This document shows positions 38,190 to 46,502 of a stretch of 46,502 bases of DNA, piece after piece. The stretch lies in the sequence record DRR723986_4729; one strand, given 5' to 3'. The position numbers and the translations under genes were made by a program. The notes beneath the pieces were generated by a model. That model had not been told where the DNA came from and searched no databases. It saw only the letters and a list, made by a program, of their open reading frames with translations. Each line of letters opens with the position of its first letter. The first letter of the stretch is position 1.

Positions 38190-39344
38190 ATGGAATCTCA
38201 AAAACACCTATTCAGCCTTGATCCTGATATTCATTACCTCAACTGCGGCTATAAAGGACCGCTCATGAAGGTATCTGAGCAAGCAGCAATAGAAGCATTA
38301 ATTCGAGAACGAAACCCCACTAGCATCGCTCCGGAAGACTTCTTTACAGGCGCCAAGGAAGTAAAAGGGAGGTTTGCTGATTTAGTAAATTGTGATCCCT
38401 TACAAGTGGCTTTGATTCCTTCCACTTCCTATGGCTTTGCTACAGCACTTGGTAATATTTCTTGTGAGCCTGGTCAGCATGCGATCGTTTTGGAGGATGA
38501 ATTTCCAAGTGGGTACTTCTCTCTTAAAACCTGGTGTGACAAAAATCAAGCGATACTAAGGGTAATAGGTCCTGATAAGAATGCTTCTACTCCAGGAGAA
38601 AGCTGGAACAGGAAAATACTTGATAGCATAACTTCAGAGACAGCCGTGGTGCTAATGTCTTCTGTACACTGGATGAATGGTCTGAAATTCGATTTGGAGA
38701 GTATAGGTCAAAAATGTAAAACTGAGGGAGCTATTTTTATTGTAGATGGCACACAGTCTACTGGTGCTGCGGAGATGGACGTAAAGCGCTTTAAAATTGA
38801 TGCCCTGATCTGTGCAAGTTACAAATGGCTCTTTGGCCCTTATGGGATTGGGATTTCCTTCTTTGGGCCAGCGTTTGATGGCGGAGAGCCTTTGGAAGAG
38901 TCTTGGCTCAATCGTACCAATTCTCAGGATTTTGGCAATTTGACAAAATACGACCACGAGTACACAGAGGAGTCAGGGCGATACAATGTAGGCGAGATGA
39001 GTAATTTCATTCTTTTGCCTATGCTAAATGCCTCACTAAAGCAGATCAGCGAGTGGACGGTGGCGGAAATAGAGAAATATTGCAGTGAGCTCACTGCACC
39101 ACTTTATGATTACTTGAAAAGCAGAAATGTGGTGCTTGAAGATGAACAATACACATCTTATCATCTTTTTGGCTTAAAACTTCCTGAGTATATTGATCCT
39201 GAGCTTTTGAAAAATAATTTGCTGGAAAATAGAGTTTCTGTTTCTAATAGAGGGGGGAATTTGAGAATTTCAGTGAATGTCTTTAATACCCCCGAAGATA
39301 TAAATAGGCTAATCCAGGTGTTGGAGATGAGTAGGTTGTCTTAG
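38190..39344 (+). CDS. Class V PLP-dependent aminotransferase (cysteine desulfurase/lyase-like)
   Basis: YLNCGY, VDGTQSTG, ASYKWLFGP, LRISVNVFN. Confidence 0.9.
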   Translation: MESQKHLFSLDPDIHYLNCGYKGPLMKVSEQAAIEALIRERNPTSIAPEDFFTGAKEVKGRFADLVNCDPLQVALIPSTSYGFATALGNISCEPGQHAIVLEDEFPSGYFSLKTWCDKNQAILRVIGPDKNASTPGESWNRKILDSITSETAVVLMSSVHWMNGLKFDLESIGQKCKTEGAIFIVDGTQSTGAAEMDVKRFKIDALICASYKWLFGPYGIGISFFGPAFDGGEPLEESWLNRTNSQDFGNLTKYDHEYTEESGRYNVGEMSNFILLPMLNASLKQISEWTVAEIEKYCSELTAPLYDYLKSRNVVLEDEQYTSYHLFGLKLPEYIDPELLKNNLLENRVSVSNRGGNLRISVNVFNTPEDINRLIQVLEMSRLS

Positions 39345-39359
39345 GTCTCGACCAAACAA

Positions 39360-39390
39360 AAAAAAGCCGCTGAATTTTCAGCGGCTTTTT
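39360..39390. terminator. Bidirectional intrinsic terminator
   Basis: AAAAAGCCGCTGAA-tt-TTCAGCGGCTTTTT between convergent CDS and tRNA. Confidence 0.88.
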
Positions 39391-39398
39391 ACTTTCTG

Positions 39399-39471
39399 TT
39401 GGTCTACCAGGGCTCGAACCTGGACTCTTCTGAACCAAAATCAGACGTGTTGCCAGTTACACCATAGACCA
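39399..39471 (-). tRNA. tRNA-Gln (anticodon TTG), CCA not encoded
   Basis: Acceptor TGGTCTA/TAGACCA; anticodon arm TCTGA-TTTTGGT-TCAGA; T-arm CCAGG-TTCGAGC-CCTGG. Confidence 0.96.
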
Positions 39472-39512
39472 GTTTTGGATGAGATTCCTTTTGGGTCTCT
39501 CTTAAAGTGTCA

Positions 39513-39520
39513 CAAAGGTA
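39513..39520 (-). promoter_or_regulatory. Bacteroidota -7 promoter box of tRNA-Gln
   Basis: TACCTTTG on minus strand. Confidence 0.7.
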
Positions 39521-39788
39521 AAGTCTTGGTTCTTTTTTTCCAAGCTAGCCCGAAAACATTTTTTGTGTTTAGGCTTAATTATCTTTTAATCAGCTGAAAA
39601 TAAAGCGCTTTTAATTTTAGTGGACTCGTTTTTTTGTTTTTCAAACCATTAATTCTCTTTTTCAATAATTGAAAATATTTGGGTTTAAAATTGTGATATT
39701 GTTAATAGTGAGTCTGTTATGTTGCTTAATTAGAAATGTTTACTCATTTTTGTCGAAATATTGACAAACTATTAAACCATTATCTACT

Positions 39789-40031
39789 ATGCAAGTTGAC
39801 AAATTAGAAAAAACAGTGCCTGAGGTGGTACAGAAATTAACAAAGTTGAAATCAGAAACTTTGGCTGCGGAATTATCTTGGTGCTGGGTAAGTTTCCAAA
39901 ATGATCAGAATCCAGTAGGCGTAATCGAAAAGGGTCAGGCCGCTCTAGAGCTTTTCAAAGAAGCTAGAGAAAAAAATAGCAAGGCAGTTTCTAAAAAATT
40001 GGTAGAGAGCCTTGAAAAAGCATTGAATTAA
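39789..40031 (+). CDS. Hypothetical small helical protein
   Basis: 80 aa, ATG in AT-rich context, followed by a terminator. Confidence 0.75.
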   Translation: MQVDKLEKTVPEVVQKLTKLKSETLAAELSWCWVSFQNDQNPVGVIEKGQAALELFKEAREKNSKAVSKKLVESLEKALN

Positions 40032-40035
40032 ACAT

Positions 40036-40062
40036 AAAAAAACCCCGAGTGATCGGGGTTTT
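40036..40062. terminator. Bidirectional intrinsic terminator
   Basis: AAAAAAACCCCGA-gtga-TCGGGGTTTT. Confidence 0.85.
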
Positions 40063-40085
40063 ATTTTTATCAATGTTAGGAGTGA

Positions 40086-40529
40086 TTATTCTCCAGATAC
40101 GTTGAATTTTACGTTAGTTTTCACTTCTCTGTGAAGGTCAACTTCTGCAGCAAATTCTCCAGCACCATCAACGGGCGTATTGATAGAGATTTTCTTTCTG
40201 TCGATGTCGATACCTTGAGCTGCTAGTGCATCAGCAATCTGAAGAGTAGTTACTTTACCGAAGATTTTACCTGATTCACCGATTTTCGCTTTGATCTCTA
40301 ACGTAAGAGCTTCAAGTTTTTCTGCGATATTCTGAGCTTCAGTTTTAATCTTTTCTGCTTTGTGAGCAGCTTGCTTGATATTCTCAGCAAGAATTTTCTT
40401 GTTAGATCCAGTGGCAAGTACTGCGAAACCTTGAGGGATCAAGTAATTTCTTCCGTACCCTGGCTTTACATCTACCAAGTCATTCTTATAGCCAAGACCT
40501 TTGATGTCTGTTTTTAGTATGATTTCCAT
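40086..40529 (-). CDS. rplI: 50S ribosomal protein bL9
   Basis: VKPGYGRNYLIPQG, GKIFGKVT. Confidence 0.98.
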   Translation of the reverse strand: MEIILKTDIKGLGYKNDLVDVKPGYGRNYLIPQGFAVLATGSNKKILAENIKQAAHKAEKIKTEAQNIAEKLEALTLEIKAKIGESGKIFGKVTTLQIADALAAQGIDIDRKKISINTPVDGAGEFAAEVDLHREVKTNVKFNVSGE

Positions 40530-40556
40530 TTGTAATGATCTTTTGTGATTGGACGA

Positions 40557-40808
40557 TTATTTCAACCCATCGGTTACGAATGGCAACAACGCCAAATGTC
40601 TTGCTTTCTTAATAGCCTGAGCTACTTTTCTCTGGAATTTTGCAGAGTTACCAGTAAGTCTTCTAGGAAGAATTTTACCTTGCTCATTGACAAACTTCAA
40701 TAAGAAATTTGGATCCTTGTAGTCAATGTACTTAATGCCGTGCTTTTTGAATCGGCAATACTTTTTTCTGATTTCGCCTCTATTGATTGGCTCGTTAACT
40801 AATGTCAT
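40557..40808 (-). CDS. rpsR: 30S ribosomal protein bS18
   Basis: [35 protein letters not shown]. Confidence 0.98.
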   Translation of the reverse strand: MTLVNEPINRGEIRKKYCRFKKHGIKYIDYKDPNFLLKFVNEQGKILPRRLTGNSAKFQRKVAQAIKKARHLALLPFVTDGLK

Positions 40809-41176
40809 TTGGTGGCTTCCTCCTTAGCTTCAACTTTTTTGTTAAACTCTCCTTTTCTTCTTCTTTCGGCATAAACAATTGAATGCTTATCCAAAACAGT
40901 AGTCAAGAATCTCATCACTTTCTCATCTCTTCTAAATTCTATTTCGAATTTGCGGATAAGCGTAGGATCGGCCTTGAATTCAACCATAACGTAGAAACCT
41001 GTAGTCTTTTTCTCAATGGTATAAGCCATTTTCTTAAGACCCCAATTTTCCACATTAATAACGTCTGCCCCCAGTTCTTTTAACAAGTTCACAAACTTGT
41101 CGACAGTATCCTTCATCTGAACATCAGATAAAACGGGAGTTAAAATGAATACCGTCTCGTAATTTCTTTGGAACAT
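40805..41176 (-). CDS. rpsF: 30S ribosomal protein bS6
   Basis: [26 protein letters not shown] at 41176 (the track's longer start runs across the promoter). Confidence 0.96.
   Translation of the reverse strand: MFQRNYETVFILTPVLSDVQMKDTVDKFVNLLKELGADVINVENWGLKKMAYTIEKKTTGFYVMVEFKADPTLIRKFEIEFRRDEKVMRFLTTVLDKHSIVYAERRRKGEFNKKVEAKEEATK
40819..40826 (-). promoter_or_regulatory. Strong Shine-Dalgarno motif upstream of rpsR
   Basis: TAAGGAGG 10 nt before the rpsR ATG, inside the rpsF 3' end. Confidence 0.75.
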
Positions 41177-41213
41177 TTTTTTAATGTGTTTAAGGAATTT
41201 AATAAACAGGATG

Positions 41214-41221
41214 CAAAAGTA
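41214..41221 (-). promoter_or_regulatory. Bacteroidota -7 promoter box of rpsF operon
   Basis: TACTTTTG on minus strand. Confidence 0.72.
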
Positions 41222-41276
41222 GGGTAAATACTCCTGTATTCCAAACAACTAGCTAAATCAAAAGGAGCTTATGTCT

Positions 41277-41302
41277 AAAAAAAAGCCTCCCGAAGGAGGC
41301 TT
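41277..41302 (-). terminator. Intrinsic terminator
   Basis: Minus strand AAGCCTCC-ttcg-GGAGGCTTTTTTTT. Confidence 0.9.
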
Positions 41303-41305
41303 GAA

Positions 41306-42235
41306 TTATTTCACTGTGAAAGTCTTTGAGCCGACTTGGTAGTTATCTACAAATATTATGACTTGATGAGTTCCGGATACATAATCAGAGCCTTTTTCAT
41401 AGAAAAATGTCAATTCCTGCTCTGTGTTATCAAATATGACATCCTGCTTTACAGTATAGAATTTCTCCGCACCATCCATCATAAAGGTTCCTGAACCTTT
41501 AGCAACATCAAAAATGGGCTGCTCATTAGGTGCTAAAACCTGTACATAGATATTTCTAGGTCCTTTTTCAGCTACTTTGTTATCGGCTAGATTGAAGCTT
41601 ACTTTGATTCGTTCGATCTGACGATTTCTAAAGTCTTTAGTCGTTTCTACTCGCTCTTTGCCCCGGGAATTGACAGCAGCAATTTCAATGTTTTCAGCTT
41701 TCAGCATAGACGCTACATTGACTTTAGCCTGAAGATCCTCCTTTTGAAGATTAAGTTGTGCGACTTCTTCTTCTATTTCAGCTTGGGTAGTTTTTAAATC
41801 TTGATTTTCTGTAAAAAGCTGTTGATTCAATGCACGTAATTCTAGGATTTCCTGATCTTTCTCAACGATCATAGAATTGTAACTTTTTATTTTTTCATTT
41901 AATGCGGTTATCTCTGCAGAGCTTCTTTGTCTTGACGTGTTTCTCTCGGCTATCAATTGATCACGGACCTCCTCAAGTGCCTGAACATCTCCTCCAAGTT
42001 TCTCGATTTCCTGAATTCTAAGATCTAACTGATAAGTGACAGAATCCAGACGCTTGTTTAGGTCATTGTTTTCAGTAGAAAGTAATAGGATCTCTTCTGT
42101 TTTTTTAGTTCTATCTATGTAATCCGTATAGAGTTTGATACCGCTTATGATTACTAGAAGTATCAATACAATAATTATAATATTTTTACCCTGATCTTTC
42201 TTTTGGGGCGTATTTTTTTCAAATTCAGTATTCAT
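41306..42235 (-). CDS. Membrane-anchored coiled-coil protein with C-terminal beta domain
   Basis: Single N-terminal TM, long heptad region, beta-rich C-terminus. Confidence 0.8.
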   Translation of the reverse strand: MNTEFEKNTPQKKDQGKNIIIIVLILLVIISGIKLYTDYIDRTKKTEEILLLSTENNDLNKRLDSVTYQLDLRIQEIEKLGGDVQALEEVRDQLIAERNTSRQRSSAEITALNEKIKSYNSMIVEKDQEILELRALNQQLFTENQDLKTTQAEIEEEVAQLNLQKEDLQAKVNVASMLKAENIEIAAVNSRGKERVETTKDFRNRQIERIKVSFNLADNKVAEKGPRNIYVQVLAPNEQPIFDVAKGSGTFMMDGAEKFYTVKQDVIFDNTEQELTFFYEKGSDYVSGTHQVIIFVDNYQVGSKTFTVK

Positions 42236-42252
42236 TAGAATAGGACGTTAGA

Positions 42253-42843
42253 ATGACTTTTTTAGACAAAGATTATTGGACTGAAAGATACTCTGCTGGC
42301 AAAACTGGCTGGGATATTGGTTATGCTTCACCTCCTTTGGTACAATATTTAGACCAAATTAAAAATAAGAGCTTAGAAGTTTTGGTCCCTGGAGCTGGCT
42401 CGGGTTATGAAGTAGCTTATGCCGTAAAAGAGGGCTTTAAAAATGTGCATATTTTGGATTTTTCAAATACTGCTTTGGCAAGATTTGGAAGTATTCATCC
42501 AGAGTTTCCTGCTGATCAAATTCATCATCAGGATTTCTTTGAACATGAAGGTTCTTACGATTTGATATTGGAGCAAACGTTTTTTTGTGCTCTGGATCCT
42601 ACATTGAGAATCAATTATGCTAAAAAAATGAAGGAGCTACTCAAGCCAAACGGAAAATTGGTGGGTGTTTGGTTTGATAAGGAATTTGACTTCGATGGAC
42701 CGCCTTTTGGGGGTAAAAAAGATGAATACCTTAATCTTTTTAAACAATTTTTTACCATAAAGACCATAGCTCCATGTTACAACTCAATTCCAGAGCGAAT
42801 GGGGGCTGAAATATTTATGATATTGGAAAACTCAATAATCTAG
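42253..42843 (+). CDS. TPMT-like SAM methyltransferase
   Basis: YWTERY...GWDIG, LVPGAGSGY, EQTFFCAL, GPPFGG. Confidence 0.9.
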   Translation: MTFLDKDYWTERYSAGKTGWDIGYASPPLVQYLDQIKNKSLEVLVPGAGSGYEVAYAVKEGFKNVHILDFSNTALARFGSIHPEFPADQIHHQDFFEHEGSYDLILEQTFFCALDPTLRINYAKKMKELLKPNGKLVGVWFDKEFDFDGPPFGGKKDEYLNLFKQFFTIKTIAPCYNSIPERMGAEIFMILENSII

Positions 42844-43611
42844 GACGTACTCCGCTTTAGGTCCAGAATAATTAAAAAAAACAATCCCACACTCATAGAA
42901 ATCTAAACTGAGCTTTACTTCTGGTTTCATTTTAATTTCCTTCCAAGCCAGTTCCATTTCTTTTGACCAATGTATATCGCCTATAGCGACGATGGAATGG
43001 GAATGGGTTTTTTTTAGGATTTGATCAAAATAATGAATGGTAGCTTCGTATGTATGTGTGGCATCTATGAGTACGAAATCCACATTTTGCAACATATTCA
43101 ATGTGGCTGGGAGAGTGTTTCTAAGTTCTCCAACTTGTATGCGGATGTTTTTAAAATCTTGGTTTGGCTTGGCTACCCTTGCAATCTCCTCTGCTCCTTC
43201 AAATGTAAAAAGGACTCCTTGAGTAACTTTAGATAGATATCTGCTTGTAATCCCCATGCATGTTCCTAGTTCTAATACAGTTGCCGCCGGGGTAAGTGTG
43301 CAGAAGTATTGGTACAGTTGGGCAAATTTTCTATTGCTTGTACTGAATTTTGTTATAGCAGAGACTTTTCTAAGAGTGGTGTTCACACTTTTTGAGCCTG
43401 CTCCAAAATCTGTGACTTCGATTATTTCATCAGAATTGAGAAGGTTCTGTCTATAAGCTTCAATTTCCAGGTCTTCTTCCTTTCTCGAATAAAAATAATG
43501 TATAAGTCCCTGGTAGGTACTAAATAATAATGGAGACTGAAGTGAGTATTTATCCTCTTTCATTAGCCAATATCTGACAAAGGAAAGAAGTGGGTAAACT
43601 TTAGTAAGCAA
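42832..43611 (-). CDS. Class I SAM-dependent methyltransferase
   Basis: VLELGTCMG, FVLIDATH, DIHWS; TTG start adjacent to the apaG stop. Confidence 0.85.
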   Translation of the reverse strand: MLTKVYPLLSFVRYWLMKEDKYSLQSPLLFSTYQGLIHYFYSRKEEDLEIEAYRQNLLNSDEIIEVTDFGAGSKSVNTTLRKVSAITKFSTSNRKFAQLYQYFCTLTPAATVLELGTCMGITSRYLSKVTQGVLFTFEGAEEIARVAKPNQDFKNIRIQVGELRNTLPATLNMLQNVDFVLIDATHTYEATIHYFDQILKKTHSHSIVAIGDIHWSKEMELAWKEIKMKPEVKLSLDFYECGIVFFNYSGPKAEYVLDY

Positions 43612-43612
43612 A

Positions 43613-43999
43613 TTAGTTTTGGAAGTAACTTGCGATCATTTGAAATTCCGGGATAGTCACATCAAACTTAGTTCCGTCAAAAAGTTTTTCCATACTGTAA
43701 ACTCCAGTCATCTTGCCCAAGCCTGATTTGAGGTTGCAGCCTGATACATAGCTATGGGTTTCTCCAGGTTCTAAAATTGGCTGCTGTCCTACCACTCCGT
43801 CACCTTCAATAATTTTTTTAGTTTCTGCCGCATCAAAAATCTCCCATCTTCTTCGTAATAGCTGTACTGTTTGGCTGCTTTTGTTTTCAATAGTTACTTT
43901 GTAAGTAAATACGAAATGGTGCTGATGTGGACTTGAAAATTCTGACTGGTAAGTGACTTCAACACTAACCTGAATTCCAGATGTAACTGCTATTACCAT
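43613..43999 (-). CDS. apaG: ApaG protein
   Basis: VQLLRRRWEI, GDGVVGQQP.LEPG, Y.SGC; ATG at 43999 preferred. Confidence 0.93.
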   Translation of the reverse strand: MVIAVTSGIQVSVEVTYQSEFSSPHQHHFVFTYKVTIENKSSQTVQLLRRRWEIFDAAETKKIIEGDGVVGQQPILEPGETHSYVSGCNLKSGLGKMTGVYSMEKLFDGTKFDVTIPEFQMIASYFQN

Positions 44000-44062
44000 A
44001 AAATAAAACAATTTAAAAGTTCGTAAAGATATGATTTATAGTCTTAATTTCAATAAATACCA

Positions 44063-44725
44063 ATGGTAGTAAATATAGAACCAAGCTGGAACGAGGCTTT
44101 GCGCAAAACATTTGAACAGAAGTTTTTCACAGACTTAGTTTCTTTTGTCAGAGACGAATATGCAAGCACTAAGGTTTACCCACCAGGCAAAGAAATTTTT
44201 AGTGCATTCAATCATTGCCCTATAGACGAAGTCAAAGTTGTTATTCTGGGACAGGATCCATACCATGGTCCAGGGCAAGCGCATGGGTTATCCTTCTCTG
44301 TAAAACCGGGAGTTCCTTTTCCACCAAGTCTGCAGAATATTTTTAAGGAAATTGAATCTGATTTGGGGAAGCCAACGCCCGCAGATGGAGATCTTACCCG
44401 CTGGGCAGATCAAGGAGTATTTTTATTAAATGCGACCCTGACTGTAAGAGCTCATGAGGCGGGCTCACATCAGAAAAAAGGATGGGAAGAGTTTACAGAT
44501 GAGGTGATCCGCACGATCAGTGATACTTGTGAAAACGTCGTGTTTTTACTTTGGGGAGCATATGCTCAAAAGAAGTCAGCATTAATAGATTCTAGAAAAC
44601 ACTTAGTCCTGAAAGCTCCTCATCCAAGTCCACTTTCATCATATCGAGGTTTCTTTGGATGCAAGCATTTCTCAAAAGCAAATGAGTATCTAATTGGTAA
44701 GGGTAAAAAAGCTATTGATTGGTAA
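44063..44725 (+). CDS. ung: Uracil-DNA glycosylase (family 1)
   Basis: [21 protein letters not shown]. Confidence 0.98.
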   Translation: MVVNIEPSWNEALRKTFEQKFFTDLVSFVRDEYASTKVYPPGKEIFSAFNHCPIDEVKVVILGQDPYHGPGQAHGLSFSVKPGVPFPPSLQNIFKEIESDLGKPTPADGDLTRWADQGVFLLNATLTVRAHEAGSHQKKGWEEFTDEVIRTISDTCENVVFLLWGAYAQKKSALIDSRKHLVLKAPHPSPLSSYRGFFGCKHFSKANEYLIGKGKKAIDW

Positions 44726-44729
44726 AAGG

Positions 44730-44756
44730 AAAAGCCCTGAAATATTTCAGGGCTTT
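44730..44756. terminator. Bidirectional terminator between ung and lepB
   Basis: AAAGCCCTGAAA-ta-TTTCAGGGCTTT. Confidence 0.8.
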
Positions 44757-44760
44757 ATGC

Positions 44761-45834
44761 TTAATTAATTCCGTTGAATATTCTGCTCCAGCGAATTTTG
44801 CTGAACATCGATTCATGTTTATCTAATGAAAGCCATAGGAACCAGGCTTTGCCTACGATATGATCCTCAGGCACAAAACCCCAATAGCGAGAATCCAGTG
44901 AATCGTGGCGATTATCTCCCATCATGAAGTAATAATTCTGCTTGAACGTATAGCTGTCTACTTTTTGACCATCGATGAAAAGTTGGCCGTCCTTGGCTTC
45001 TACATTTTCAAGTCCTTCATAATTCACAATGGTAGATCCGTATCTCATTACATTGTCTGCGGTCATTTGAATTGTCCAATCCTTTGCAGGAACCTGAAGT
45101 GGTCCAAAATTGTCACGGTTCCAACCTAGAGCTAGTCCATCAGGGAAAATGAGTGAATCTCCCTTGGGCTTCTCAATACGCTTAGTCACTGAAGTGATCA
45201 CTGGAGATGATTCCAATCTATTGATCACCTCCTCAGTACCGAATACTAAGTAGCCCGACCCATCACTAAAAGGTATATAGCTATCAGGGTTGACGTCATA
45301 ATCTTTGAAAAAATCTGCTGTAAGAGGTCTATTTGAAATCACATCATAGGAATACTGCATTTCCTCAGGTTTTTCGGCGGGTTGATCATTAACAAATAGG
45401 TCGCCACTCTTTATTTGAACCACATCACCAGAAATCCCTATAGCTCTCTTAATATAATTAGTTTTCAGATCGGTAGGGTATTGGAATTCAGTAGGATAGT
45501 TGAAAACTACCACATCATTTCTCTCCACGTCTGAAAAACCCGGGAGTCTGTAGTAAGGTAATTGGATAGCATCTGAATAGGAAGGAATTTCTGTTCCCCA
45601 GATTTTTTGATGAGTTAGTGGTACCTGCAGTGGAGTCATCGGAAATCTAGTCCCGTAATGCATCTTACTTACAAATAGAAAATCCCCAACCAATAGTGAT
45701 TTTTCCATGGAAGCGGTGGGAATTGTAAAGGGTTCTAATAGTAACCAGCGGATTAAACTGGCTGCTACTACTGCAAAAATCAAGGCATCCCCCCATTCTC
45801 GGGCAGCTGATTTTTTCTTAGTTGACTTACTCAT
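44761..45834 (-). CDS. lepB: Signal peptidase I
   Basis: IPTASME, YIKRA, MGDNRHDSLDSRYWG. Confidence 0.96.
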   Translation of the reverse strand: MSKSTKKKSAAREWGDALIFAVVAASLIRWLLLEPFTIPTASMEKSLLVGDFLFVSKMHYGTRFPMTPLQVPLTHQKIWGTEIPSYSDAIQLPYYRLPGFSDVERNDVVVFNYPTEFQYPTDLKTNYIKRAIGISGDVVQIKSGDLFVNDQPAEKPEEMQYSYDVISNRPLTADFFKDYDVNPDSYIPFSDGSGYLVFGTEEVINRLESSPVITSVTKRIEKPKGDSLIFPDGLALGWNRDNFGPLQVPAKDWTIQMTADNVMRYGSTIVNYEGLENVEAKDGQLFIDGQKVDSYTFKQNYYFMMGDNRHDSLDSRYWGFVPEDHIVGKAWFLWLSLDKHESMFSKIRWSRIFNGIN

Positions 45835-45849
45835 GATTAGTTTTTAGGT

Positions 45850-46502
45850 TCAGAAAGATAGAAAATCATCCATGGAAAGCACACCTTTCTTTCCTTGAAT
45901 CCACTCAGACACCAAAATAGCGCCAAGAGCAAATCCTTGACGGCTATGAGCTGTATGAGTGATTTCGATATCGTCGATTTCTGACGAGTACCGGATAATA
46001 TGTGTCCCAGGAGCTGGATCTATACGTTTGGAAGTAATAGGAAGAGAGTGTTCATTTTCGCTCGCCCCTTCGGACAAATTCCAGCTATTCAATTCATTTA
46101 TATTTTTGATTATGCCTTCGGCTAAAGTGATGGCTGTTCCAGATGGAGCGTCTTTTTTTGCTGTATGGTGGATCTCTTCCACTGAGCTTTTATAGCCAGT
46201 AGTCTCATTCATTAGTTTTGCTAAGAATTCATTCACCTTGAAAAAGATGTTTACTCCAACGCTATAATTTGAAGCGTAGAAAAAGGCGCCATTTTTAGAC
46301 CTAGTTAATTGCTCAATTTCTGGCTTTTTATCAAGCCATCCAGTGGTGCCCGAGACTATCGGAATACCTCGTTCAATCGCCCACTTAATGTTTTCAACAG
46401 CAGCTTCTGGTTGACTAAACTCGATCGCTACATCGATAGTAGCAGGGTCTAGCGAATCTAAATCAGTAAGATTGTCAATATTGATTTTTCCTGCTATACT
46501 AT
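45850..46502 (-). CDS. dapB: 4-hydroxy-tetrahydrodipicolinate reductase, 5' truncated by window edge
   Basis: Frame is open to the window end (DVAIEFS, GTTGW, ASNYSVGVN); EIHHTAKKDAPSGTA. Confidence 0.96.
   Translation of the reverse strand, partial: SIAGKINIDNLTDLDSLDPATIDVAIEFSQPEAAVENIKWAIERGIPIVSGTTGWLDKKPEIEQLTRSKNGAFFYASNYSVGVNIFFKVNEFLAKLMNETTGYKSSVEEIHHTAKKDAPSGTAITLAEGIIKNINELNSWNLSEGASENEHSLPITSKRIDPAPGTHIIRYSSEIDDIEITHTAHSRQGFALGAILVSEWIQGKKGVLSMDDFLSF

Noticed and set aside
39399-40031. tRNA-Gln as an integration site for an island
   Set aside because: No integrase, no duplicated tRNA 3' end and no compositional shift seen
41177-41248. N-terminal extension of bS6 in the ORF track
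   Set aside because: It spans the -7 promoter box; homology begins at ATG 41176
1-46502. CRISPR array, prophage, IS or defence system
   Set aside because: No regularly spaced repeats and no transposase, integrase, phage or nuclease-like ORFs recognised

Overview
Core-genome-like segment of a Bacteroidota chromosome, most consistent with Cytophagales/Cyclobacteriaceae (Algoriphagus-like). This is inferred from gene content, TAnnTTTG-type promoters and the general lack of Shine-Dalgarno motifs. It holds about 47 CDSs: housekeeping genes (ffh, hisS, pdhB, prs-rplY-pth, rpsF-rpsR-rplI, ung, lepB, dapB, slyD, apaG), a LytTR/His_kinase pair divergent from a TonB-dependent receptor, and a YfhO-methyltransferase-SlyD cluster. 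Also present are a tRNA-Gln(TTG), a SAM-I riboswitch ahead of a trans-sulfuration gene and many intrinsic terminators. I saw no transposase, phage, CRISPR or defence genes. The most notable signals are non-coding or very small. (1) An unrecognised structured element occurs in two diverged copies (17885-18048 on +, 31770-31900 on -), with terminal inverted repeats, a compensatory base-pair change and a variable inner hairpin. (2) A 47-aa highly basic ORF, missed by the ORF track, has its own promoter and terminator. (3) A chain of three overlapping mini-ORFs lies in the prs-rplY spacer. (4) A strong SD motif precedes rpsR.
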